A stretch of 12,742 bases of DNA from Nitrososphaeraceae archaeon (GTDB lineage Archaea > Thermoproteota > Nitrososphaeria > Nitrososphaerales > Nitrososphaeraceae), in assembly GCA_044870765.1 (NCBI GenBank), contig JBIOZG010000041.1:1-12742 (forward strand), in the 5' to 3' direction. The notes beneath the pieces were generated by a model. The model saw only the letters and a program-made list of their open reading frames with translations, had not been told where the DNA came from and ran no database searches. The position numbers were made by a program, and so were the translations under genes. The first letter of the stretch is position 1; every line of letters begins with the position of its first letter. Positions 1 through 6,637 of this stretch are shown piece after piece.

Positions 1-390
1 TGCGGTGTTCTTTGGAGTTGGCAAACATTTGATAACTCTTTTCCAATTAATGAGCGGAACATCACTGTTCATTTCCAAGAATAGTTTCGTGGCCTTTAGA
101 TAATTTCGGATAGTTGTAACGACAATCTCCCCTCTTTCAGCTCTATTCCTTTCAAAAAGGATAAACTCCATCAATTGACCATTAGCCCATTTGGGATTTT
201 CTTTTGTTTTTATTAGAAACTCTTTACATTCATCTTCGAGAGCACTACTACATTTTAACTCTCCTTTATTTGTGAGATAATCAAGAAAAACCTTCAGCCT
301 TCTTGGATACTGTCTTTTTGACTCGGGCGCTCTTAGGGCATAGAGGAACATTTGAAGAGGATTGTCTCCATCTAATGTTAAGTTACTCAT
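1..390 (-). CDS. Tyrosine recombinase/integrase, N-terminal part (runs off the left edge)
   Basis: Not in the ORF track. Manual translation from ATG at 390 gives 130 open codons: MSNLTLDGDNPLQMFLYALRAPESKRQYPRRLKVFLDYL...GEIVVTTIRNYLKATKLFLEMNSDVPLINWKRVIKCLPTPKNTA. This resembles the core-binding region of thaumarchaeal integrases (T-I-R-N-Y-x-K-A-x-K-L-F...INWK), recognised from memory. It starts 55 bp past a tRNA 3' end. Catalytic residues would lie outside the window. Confidence 0.8.
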   Translation of the reverse strand, partial: MSNLTLDGDNPLQMFLYALRAPESKRQYPRRLKVFLDYLTNKGELKCSSALEDECKEFLIKTKENPKWANGQLMEFILFERNRAERGEIVVTTIRNYLKATKLFLEMNSDVPLINWKRVIKCLPTPKNTA

Positions 391-404
391 GTTAGCATAC
401 TGTC

Positions 405-414
405 TATTTATATA
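405..414 (-). promoter_or_regulatory. Putative TATA box of the integrase gene
   Basis: TATATAAATA on the minus strand, beginning 24 nt upstream of the ATG at 390; consistent with a leaderless transcript. Confidence 0.5.
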
Positions 415-444
415 CGGGCCAAGATTTAAGCGTCGTTATCAAAT

Positions 445-519
445 TGGGCCCAAGGGGATTTGAACCCCCGGCCGACCGGTTATGAGCCGGTCGCTCTAAC
501 CAGGCTGAGCTATGGGCCC
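445..519 (-). tRNA. tRNA-Ile2 (anticodon CAT, agmatidine type); tRNA-Met less likely
   Basis: Reverse complement is GGGCCCATAGCTCAGCCTGGTTAGAGCGACCGGCTCATAACCGGTCGGCCGGGGGTTCAAATCCCCTTGGGCCCA. It has acceptor GGGCCCA/TGGGCCC, anticodon arm ACCGG-CTCATAA-CCGGT, T loop TTCAAAT and no encoded CCA. A GGGCCC acceptor is typical of archaeal tRNA-Ile, whereas initiator Met begins AGCGG and elongator Met usually begins GCC. Confidence 0.93.
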
Positions 520-546
520 GACAAACTTTTTCGATATGAAAATATG

Positions 547-559
547 TATAAAGGTTTTG
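547..559 (-). promoter_or_regulatory. BRE+TATA promoter of tRNA-Ile2
   Basis: CAAAACC-TTTATA on the minus strand; the TATA begins 33 nt upstream of the mature 5' end. Confidence 0.6.
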
Positions 560-619
560 AAATGGAATCCACTCTAGAACTTGAGTTGATAATTTTAGCT
601 AGATTACTGCGCTGCTAAA

Positions 620-1276
620 TTAATTATATTGACTCACGTATTTCTCGTAGACGGCGTCTAACAGCAAGTTTTGCGATTGAAGAGATTTGATTGCGGCGTC
701 AAAACAAATAAAATGCTTATTAGCAGGAATATTTTTTATCATTCTTCGCCATATATCTGCATGTCTGATATCTGCTTCCTCATGAATTTCAAAATAATTT
801 GTCGAATCGGCGCTAGAAATGTTGTAGAATTTATTTAAACCATCTATTTTGGATCTGCTAATTTTTGGCAACTCCAACTCATAGGCGTACATAGCACACA
901 TACCCTCATGTAACGAATTCTTTGTTAATTCCAAAAGCGAGATTACAGCGTTCTTCGTATTTCCATCACATGTGTAATTCAATAATTGCTCTCTTTTGAC
1001 ACCGATTGAATTGGCAAATCTTATCCAAGGTTCTATATGACTGGATTCTTCTTTCTGACTCTCCTCAACTATACTTTTTAATTTTGATTCTTGCAGATTT
1101 AACTTGACTCTGTTAACCATTTCTGGAACCATTTTCACCAGTTGAAAATATTCCAAAGAATATCCTTGCAGTTGATTCAAGCTTAATTCTCCGTTTGACC
1201 ACATCCTGTAAAATGGATGCTTCAATAGACTCATCTCCTCTACTGCTTGATCAATTTTGTAAATCAATTCAGTCAT
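620..1276 (-). CDS. CADD/PqqC/TenA-like heme-oxygenase-fold di-metal oxidase (candidate self-sacrificing pABA synthase)
   Basis: Motifs LLKHPFYRMWSNGEL, KEESSHIEPW, YAYELELPKISRSKIDGL and YFEIHEEADIRH match the CADD pattern (E..H / E / H..D..H metal ligands). ATG at 1276 is preferred over TTG at 1285 because TTTTATTA begins 31 nt upstream of it. Confidence 0.85.
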   Translation of the reverse strand: MTELIYKIDQAVEEMSLLKHPFYRMWSNGELSLNQLQGYSLEYFQLVKMVPEMVNRVKLNLQESKLKSIVEESQKEESSHIEPWIRFANSIGVKREQLLNYTCDGNTKNAVISLLELTKNSLHEGMCAMYAYELELPKISRSKIDGLNKFYNISSADSTNYFEIHEEADIRHADIWRRMIKNIPANKHFICFDAAIKSLQSQNLLLDAVYEKYVSQYN

Positions 1277-1469
1277 TATGAACAATCATCATAAACCGAT
1301 AATAAAACCTTGTGCGTCATTGTCGTGCATTTCTGGATTTTCTTGTTTATTAAATCATTGAACCAACTCATTGTAAATCTCCATCGTCTTGAATTTAATT
1401 AATAAGGAATTAAGATGATATTCATCTGCCCGTAAACTATTATATTGTGATTTATACATCATCCTAGTG

Positions 1470-1575
1470 GCTCCGGTGGTGTAGTAATCGTAAATTAATA
1501 TACCGATTGCACAGTCCGGTCAAGCATTGTGGCCTTTCGAGTCGCAGATCCCGGGTTCAAATCCCGGCCGGAGCA
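1470..1575 (+). tRNA. tRNA-Glu(TTC) with a 30-nt intron at position 15/16
   Basis: Exon 1 is GCTCCGGTGGTGTAG (1470-1484). Exon 2 is TCCGGTCAAGCATTGTGGCCTTTCGAGTCGCAGATCCCGGGTTCAAATCCCGGCCGGAGCA (1515-1575). Acceptor GCTCCGG/CCGGAGC, anticodon TTC at 1536-1538, T arm CCGGG-TTCAAAT-CCCGG. Confidence 0.92.
1485..1514 (+). other. Non-canonical tRNA intron with a bulge-helix-bulge-like splice motif
   Basis: GTGT(exon)/GCAC(intron) 4-bp helix flanked by two AGT 3-nt bulges, plus an internal AATCG/CGATT stem. Cleavage after the second bulge nucleotide (AG^T) on both sides restores a normal D-loop. Confidence 0.85.
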
Positions 1576-1741
1576 CTACCAATAGCCCAATAGATTCAAA
1601 TCTAAAAAATTAATCCCATATCAATAAATTCCAAAGACTGAAAAAATAAGTAAACAAATTAGTATAAAGTATTCTCATGGACGATGTTGTAAAAGAATTA
1701 AATATCAATGAATGAACACTAGTCTAGGCTAGATTCCATTC

Positions 1742-2614
1742 TTGGATAGAAGAAATATTGAAGCAAACCCACTATTGGAGCAATTCAGTTCATATTTATC
1801 AAAAATCGACGAATATCTTGCAAGAGAATTAGATCTCTACTCATGGTCCGAATTTTATACTCCATTAAGATACGCATCTGAAGGTGGAAAAAGGATCAGA
1901 CCCCTTATACTAGTTTTGTCGGCTGAGACAATATTGGCCAACAAACACTCCAACATAGATATTACTGAGGACATGTTTTTAGCCTCCTGTGCAATAGAAC
2001 TCTTGCACACACAATCTGTAATTCATGATGACATTATTGATAAAGAGGATTATAGAAGGGGCAAACCATCATTCCATATAAAATATGGATACAACAGCAG
2101 TATTCTAACTGCTGATTTTGTTCTCGGGATAATCCTGAGCATATGTACTAAAATCAATAATGCAAAAGTGTCCGCAGAATTATCCACCGCTGCAATAAAG
2201 ATGAGTGAGGGGGAGATGATGGAAATAAAACTCACCAAAGACCCGTACCTAAAAGAGGACGATTACATAAAAGTTGTCGAACATAAGACAGCTTCATTGT
2301 TTGAAGCAGCAGCAAAAATTGGTTCGCTATTGGGAGGTGGCACGGACGAAGAAATTTGCGCAATTGGGAGTTTTGGACACTTGCTTGGAATAGCATACCA
2401 GATACATGATGATATAATGGATTGGAATAACGAGGATAGATTGTTTAACATACTGGTACGCAATAACAAGGAATCTGCCGAATTTATAGACAGGATGGAA
2501 CAACTATTTATTTCTTATTCGTCCAAGGCAAAAAATGAATTAAAGAAAATAAATGATTCTGTCTCAAAGAAACATCTTGAACATTTGACAGATTTGACGT
2601 TTTTACAATTCTGA
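1742..2614 (+). CDS. trans-polyprenyl diphosphate synthase (IspA/IspB/GGPPS family)
   Basis: GGKRIRP, first Asp-rich motif HDDIIDKEDYRRG, KTASLF, second Asp-rich motif YQIHDDIMD. TTG start. Confidence 0.93.
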   Translation: MDRRNIEANPLLEQFSSYLSKIDEYLARELDLYSWSEFYTPLRYASEGGKRIRPLILVLSAETILANKHSNIDITEDMFLASCAIELLHTQSVIHDDIIDKEDYRRGKPSFHIKYGYNSSILTADFVLGIILSICTKINNAKVSAELSTAAIKMSEGEMMEIKLTKDPYLKEDDYIKVVEHKTASLFEAAAKIGSLLGGGTDEEICAIGSFGHLLGIAYQIHDDIMDWNNEDRLFNILVRNNKESAEFIDRMEQLFISYSSKAKNELKKINDSVSKKHLEHLTDLTFLQF

Positions 2615-2644
2615 TTCTTTACTACATTATTTTAGTCTATTGCG

Positions 2645-3001
2645 TTAGGATTCGCCGCGGTGTACTTCAAGACGGTATGAATGAATAAATCTTGATGCAA
2701 AACTGTCAGCACCTTTTTCTGAACCTCTATGCTCCATCCCCCTATAACGCAAGTGATGATAAAATTCATGTAGGACGACTGAGGGATTGTAAAATATATC
2801 AGAATTTGTGGCATATATGCGCTGTTGCTTTCCCACGTATACAGCTCGTACAGTTTTCCTTTTCCCCTTAATAGTCCCAACCACAATTTCAGGGGGTTGA
2901 ATATTATAGTACTTGGAAAGCAATTGCAGTGATTCTTCTGTTCTCTTATTCAAGATTAATGTTACAACTAAAACCTGGGTTTTTGTATCTGGAAATTCCA
3001 T
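2645..3001 (-). CDS. Small putative zinc metallopeptidase (HExxH...ExxAxxFA)
   Basis: VVLHEFYHHL followed by SEKGADSFA in a 118-aa ORF convergent with the prenyl synthase. Confidence 0.7.
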   Translation of the reverse strand: MEFPDTKTQVLVVTLILNKRTEESLQLLSKYYNIQPPEIVVGTIKGKRKTVRAVYVGKQQRIYATNSDIFYNPSVVLHEFYHHLRYRGMEHRGSEKGADSFASRFIHSYRLEVHRGES

Positions 3002-3101
3002 GTTAATTCGCCGGCTTAACTCACCATTACTATTCTAAATTTAAAGACTTCTCAGGTTATGCAGCCAATAAAAGGTCACAATTCCCTTAGTACAGTTTTT
3101 C

Positions 3102-3230
3102 CTAGTCATTCTGAACCTCAACATCATCATCTATATCTTCTGCAAAATCATCTTCCAAATCTTCTTCGAACTCATCTTCGACATCCTCATCCGTTGGAAT
3201 ATTATCACTATCTTCCGCTTTCAATGGCAT
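3102..3230 (-). CDS. Hyperacidic 42-aa microprotein (uncalled by the ORF track)
   Basis: ATG at 3230 to TAG at 3102 encodes MPLKAEDSDNIPTDEDVEDEFEEDLEDDFAEDIDDDVEVQND, with 22 of 42 residues D/E. Strong GAN codon periodicity. Alternative in-frame TTG at 3242; TTAAATA at 3274-3280 upstream. Confidence 0.65.
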   Translation of the reverse strand: MPLKAEDSDNIPTDEDVEDEFEEDLEDDFAEDIDDDVEVQND

Positions 3231-3432
3231 TTTTTCTGACAATATAGTCCCGGGAATAATACTGCCAGTAGACTATTTAATAATTATTTGAAATGCGCTA
3301 GATATGAGCAATATAGTCGAACTTCATGTTAATAAATTCAAAATGACTTTAAATTAGAAATTTGCAATATGGCGAAACCTTACCTTAAAAATTAGCCAAA
3401 TGAATCAAACTTTCCATCGACTGAAGAGCAAC

Positions 3433-3440
3433 TTTATAAT
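3433..3440 (+). promoter_or_regulatory. Putative TATA box of the VOC gene
   Basis: TTTATAAT begins 25 nt upstream of the ATG at 3458. Confidence 0.5.
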
Positions 3441-3457
3441 TATTCTTATCTGAAATA

Positions 3458-3868
3458 ATGTCAGAAATGATTGATTCGATTGGAGGCGTAGTTATTATGG
3501 TTTCAGATCAGGCACAGGCGGTAAAATTTTATGCAGAAAAAATGGGCTTTGACATCAGGCTAAACGTTCCATTTTATGGAGGAAAATGGATCGAAGTTGC
3601 TCCCAAAGATTCTGAGTGCACTCTGAGTATTATGGAACCAAATCCACATATGATGTCCCCGGAGGAGACAGAATTAGCCAAAAAAAACATAGGAACAAAC
3701 ACTGGAGTATGGTTCTATACGTCAAATATTCAATCCACTTATGAAGAGCTAAAGTCCAAGGGTGTCGATATTTCAGCGCCACAAAAACAGGAATGGGGTG
3801 GTGTGATGTCTCTTGTAAAGGATCTTGACGGAAACATTTTCACTTTATTATCATCACCAGAAGGTTGA
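3458..3868 (+). CDS. VOC family (glyoxalase/bleomycin resistance) protein
   Basis: IMVSDQAQAVKFYAEKMGF, TYEELKSKGV and QEWGG...VKDLDGN are typical of the VOC fold. Confidence 0.9.
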   Translation: MSEMIDSIGGVVIMVSDQAQAVKFYAEKMGFDIRLNVPFYGGKWIEVAPKDSECTLSIMEPNPHMMSPEETELAKKNIGTNTGVWFYTSNIQSTYEELKSKGVDISAPQKQEWGGVMSLVKDLDGNIFTLLSSPEG

Positions 3869-3994
3869 TGCCATTTTTCATTAAGAAATACTGAATGCAG
3901 CAATTCATGATGTTAAGGAAATTACATCGAATGCAATATTGATCCTTCTCTACATAACAAGCTTATTAAATTCTCAAAATTTTTGTTTGAATTT

Positions 3995-4732
3995 TTATTT
4001 GTTTTGAATCAAAATTACGGTAATATTATCATGCCCACCGTTATTGTTCGCTTCATAAACCAAGCTGTCACAGGCGTATTGTGGCCCCATAGCAATACTT
4101 GCGTGCAATATGGCAAGTATCTCTCGTTCATCTATCATACTGGTGAGACCGTCTGAACAAAGTAATATACAATCCCCTTTTCCAAAATCACAGTGTCGTA
4201 TATCGTGCAATGCCAAATCGTTCGTCCCCAGATATCTAGTAACAATATTTCGTAGATAGTGTGTTCGCAATTGATCTTTACTTATATTTCCACGCTTTAC
4301 CATTTCCGTTATCAAAGAATCATCAGTAGTTAATTGAAGTAACTTATCTTCTTCTTTATTGTAAAGATAAGCTCTACTGTCTCCCAAGTGTGAATAGTAA
4401 GCAATGTCATCAAAAAATACCAACAGCACCACAGTTGTGCCCATATTCATAAGCTCAATATGCTCTTTTTTCAATAGGATAATTTCCTCGTTGGCCTCAT
4501 AGAGAGCCTTGTTCACTATATGTTCAATATTATCCTCTTTCCGGTGTTGAAGTGATAACGAAATATTTTTTCCTAAAGTCCGGACAACAATGTTACTTGC
4601 TATCTCTCCACCGTCGTGTCCACCCATTCCATCAGCAAGAACATATACACCTAACTTATCATTAACATAAAAAGAATCTTCATTATTTTCTCGAAGTAAT
4701 CCTCTATCGGATTTAGATCCTGAAACAAGCAT
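3995..4732 (-). CDS. PPM/PP2C-family Ser/Thr protein phosphatase (Stp1/PrpC-like)
   Basis: RENNEDS, LADGMGGHDGGEIAS, MGTT, HLGDSRAY, RNIVTRYLG, LLCSDGL and GGHDNITV; the metal-binding aspartates are present. Confidence 0.95.
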   Translation of the reverse strand: MLVSGSKSDRGLLRENNEDSFYVNDKLGVYVLADGMGGHDGGEIASNIVVRTLGKNISLSLQHRKEDNIEHIVNKALYEANEEIILLKKEHIELMNMGTTVVLLVFFDDIAYYSHLGDSRAYLYNKEEDKLLQLTTDDSLITEMVKRGNISKDQLRTHYLRNIVTRYLGTNDLALHDIRHCDFGKGDCILLCSDGLTSMIDEREILAILHASIAMGPQYACDSLVYEANNNGGHDNITVILIQNK

Positions 4733-4755
4733 TACTTATTTTGAGACAAAAACGT

Positions 4756-4763
4756 TATTTAAA
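4756..4763 (-). promoter_or_regulatory. Putative TATA box of the PP2C gene
   Basis: TTTAAATA on the minus strand begins 31 nt upstream of the ATG at 4732. Confidence 0.5.
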
Positions 4764-4996
4764 CGAATATCAAACTTCAGAATATTTTCCCTGCCAATTC
4801 AAATTAATAAGCTTGGGAAACGTTATTCCACCTAAAAAAAGTAGTTTCAGTCATCTTTGCTGTTAAATTTATATTTTCATAGCTCAACGATCCTCCGAAT
4901 ACTTGGAATTTTAACCAAACTGTAATGAACCTTTATTTCTTGCATGCCGTCGATATGAGTCTGAGATATAATTTGATTCTATATCAAGGTACATTA

Positions 4997-5803
4997 TCAT
5001 CTTTCATATTCTAAATTATATTCTCTTTCAAATTCTGGCTCTAATTTCTTTTTTTCAATGAACATCCTATCATAGATAGTGCCCAGCCCATACCTATAGT
5101 CCAGCTTTAATTTTGCATACTTTGATGTTGAATTATTTTCTATTTTTTGGAACAATCTCCCGCTTTTATTCGGAGTAGAAGCCATAATTGTTTTACAATT
5201 ACCTTTTTCTGCAAAGTAAGATGCTTTGTGTTCTAATGCTGTTTGCTCTGAATCTCCCAAATAATCGGCTTCATCTATAAACAGGTAGGCAGCGTCACAA
5301 ATCTCAATGTCTAAAACATTCTTCCTCGACAGTATCTTGATCCATGTGTTTTTCAGCCAAAAATCAGTAAACATTGATTCTAATTTAACTAGTGGAAATC
5401 TTTTATTGAATAAGTTCTTAAACTTTGAGGCTACTTCATCTAAAGATTCATCGTTACCTGTTATGATATATATAGACTTGTAGTCCATCTCACTCGATGA
5501 CAGAATTTTCCAGGCAAGATATCGAAGTACGAAGGTCGTAAGACCTATTCCTCTTGCCTTCTTTATCCAGACATTTTGATTTTGTTCTAGAATATTAAAA
5601 ATAAGTGATTGAAAATCAAAAAATGGATATTGTAAGCCACCTTTTATTGGGAGTGATAATATATGATTAAAACAGCAATGTCCGTTTGAGTTTACATACT
5701 CGTTTTTGTGTATTGAATCATTCCAAATCCAAAACGGTTTATCTAAGAATGTAGCCATAATGTCTTTACCACGAGTAAAAATTGAAGGATTTAGACCTTG
5801 CAT
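4997..5803 (-). CDS. Terminase large-subunit-like ATPase domain only (no C-terminal nuclease)
   Basis: Deviant Walker A VWIKKARGIGLTT, Walker B YLFIDEADY, coupling motif MASTPN.SG, and a final EFEREYNLEY lid segment followed by TGA TAA. Only 268 aa. Confidence 0.78.
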   Translation of the reverse strand: MQGLNPSIFTRGKDIMATFLDKPFWIWNDSIHKNEYVNSNGHCCFNHILSLPIKGGLQYPFFDFQSLIFNILEQNQNVWIKKARGIGLTTFVLRYLAWKILSSSEMDYKSIYIITGNDESLDEVASKFKNLFNKRFPLVKLESMFTDFWLKNTWIKILSRKNVLDIEICDAAYLFIDEADYLGDSEQTALEHKASYFAEKGNCKTIMASTPNKSGRLFQKIENNSTSKYAKLKLDYRYGLGTIYDRMFIEKKKLEPEFEREYNLEYER

Positions 5804-5937
5804 CTCTGTTTCTTTCTTGCCTCCTCTATCTTCGCATTTAATAGGAGTTCCTAAACAAAGTTTACTTAATTGTCTAGTCTTTTTCTCTTTACTTCCGCAT
5901 TATGTAAGTGGTAATTTCCGGGATTCTTTTATTCTAA

Positions 5938-6534
5938 TTAGAGATAATAATGAGCAAATGTGTTTTGTTCAGCTGAGTCTTGATCTTTTGAAAATTGCCA
6001 ATAAATTAGTCGACCGTATACTACCAGATCTCTAGCTAGCATTTCCATTCTTGATTGTAATCTACTATTTACAATTTTACCATCTGAGCCGAGATCTTCT
6101 CGTTCATTTATCGAAATTCCATATGGCAGACTCCAAGCATAGCATTGTCTTACAGCTGTCCTCATTTGATCCATCACCGTCAGGCCCTTTTCATGGGATG
6201 AAACTATATACCCAAAAGTTTTACCTGAGAATTCCTTCCAGAAAAAATCCAAAAAATTTTTCATTGTCCCAGACATTGAACCATGGTAATCAGGGGAAGC
6301 CAGAACAAACACATTGGCCCAATTTACATCATTTGTAACTTTTTTGACGTTTTCATTGTCTAACTTTGAGCTAGGACGATATATGGGCAGCTGGGTTTCA
6401 AACAAGTTTACCAATCGAGCTTCTGTCTTGTACTTTACAGATATAATTTCAAGGACTTTACTCAATGTGTTAGTACTAAAGGAATTTTTTCTCATACTGC
6501 TACCGATGCCCAAGACTTTGACTTTTTCTTCCGT
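5938..6534 (-). CDS. NAD(P)H-dependent FMN reductase (flavodoxin-like, SsuE/ChrR family); start uncertain
   Basis: (KVKV)LGIGSSMRKNSFS, LASPDYHGSMSGTMKNFLDF, FSGKTFG. The track starts at TTG 6513, but the frame is open to 6543 and includes the first beta-strand KVKVL. Confidence 0.88.
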   Translation of the reverse strand, partial: TEEKVKVLGIGSSMRKNSFSTNTLSKVLEIISVKYKTEARLVNLFETQLPIYRPSSKLDNENVKKVTNDVNWANVFVLASPDYHGSMSGTMKNFLDFFWKEFSGKTFGYIVSSHEKGLTVMDQMRTAVRQCYAWSLPYGISINEREDLGSDGKIVNSRLQSRMEMLARDLVVYGRLIYWQFSKDQDSAEQNTFAHYYL

Positions 6535-6637
6535 ACGTCCTATTCATCAAGTGGAATATATAAAATATTTTTTTCAGATAAAGATGCATAAATAAAATAA
6601 CTATTAAGACGCATTGAATCAATTATGATTTAGAATT

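Larger units (their letters stand above)
1..470 (-). mobile_element. Probable boundary (att site in the tRNA 3' end) of a tRNA-integrated element extending left of the window
   Basis: Integrase gene immediately downstream of, and co-oriented with, tRNA-Ile2. The second att copy is not in the window, so the limits are approximate. Confidence 0.55.

Noticed and set aside
416-424. gggccaag resembling the tRNA 3' end (gggcccaag at 446-454) as a second att site
   Set aside because: Too short, imperfect and only 30 bp away; not convincing as attR.
2050-2886. ORFs 2050-2238, 2263-2469 and 2632-2886
   Set aside because: They are antisense to the prenyl synthase or alternative-frame overlaps of the HExxH gene, with no recognisable motifs.
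3002-3020. GTTAA...GCCGGC.TTAAC imperfect palindrome just upstream of the HExxH gene
   Set aside because: Single short occurrence with no second copy noticed; cannot be supported as an operator.
3059-3247. 62-aa His/Leu-rich plus-strand ORF (possible metal-binding peptide)
   Set aside because: Its CAT/CTT codons are the antisense shadow of the GAT/GAA codons of the acidic minus-strand ORF, which has the more coherent pattern.
4770-4996. Short minus-strand ORFs (27 and 22 aa) downstream of the terminase-like gene as nuclease-domain remnants
   Set aside because: The translations (MYLDIESNY..., MQEIKVHY...) show no RNase H-like acidic motifs such as GxD.
5804-5902. Terminase frame stays open 32 codons upstream of ATG 5803, with an ATG at 5900 one base out of frame (possible frameshifted start)
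   Set aside because: The extension has no recognisable motif, and ATG 5803 has a GGAGG upstream and already precedes the first conserved-looking block (KPFWIW). It cannot be distinguished from chance without homologues.
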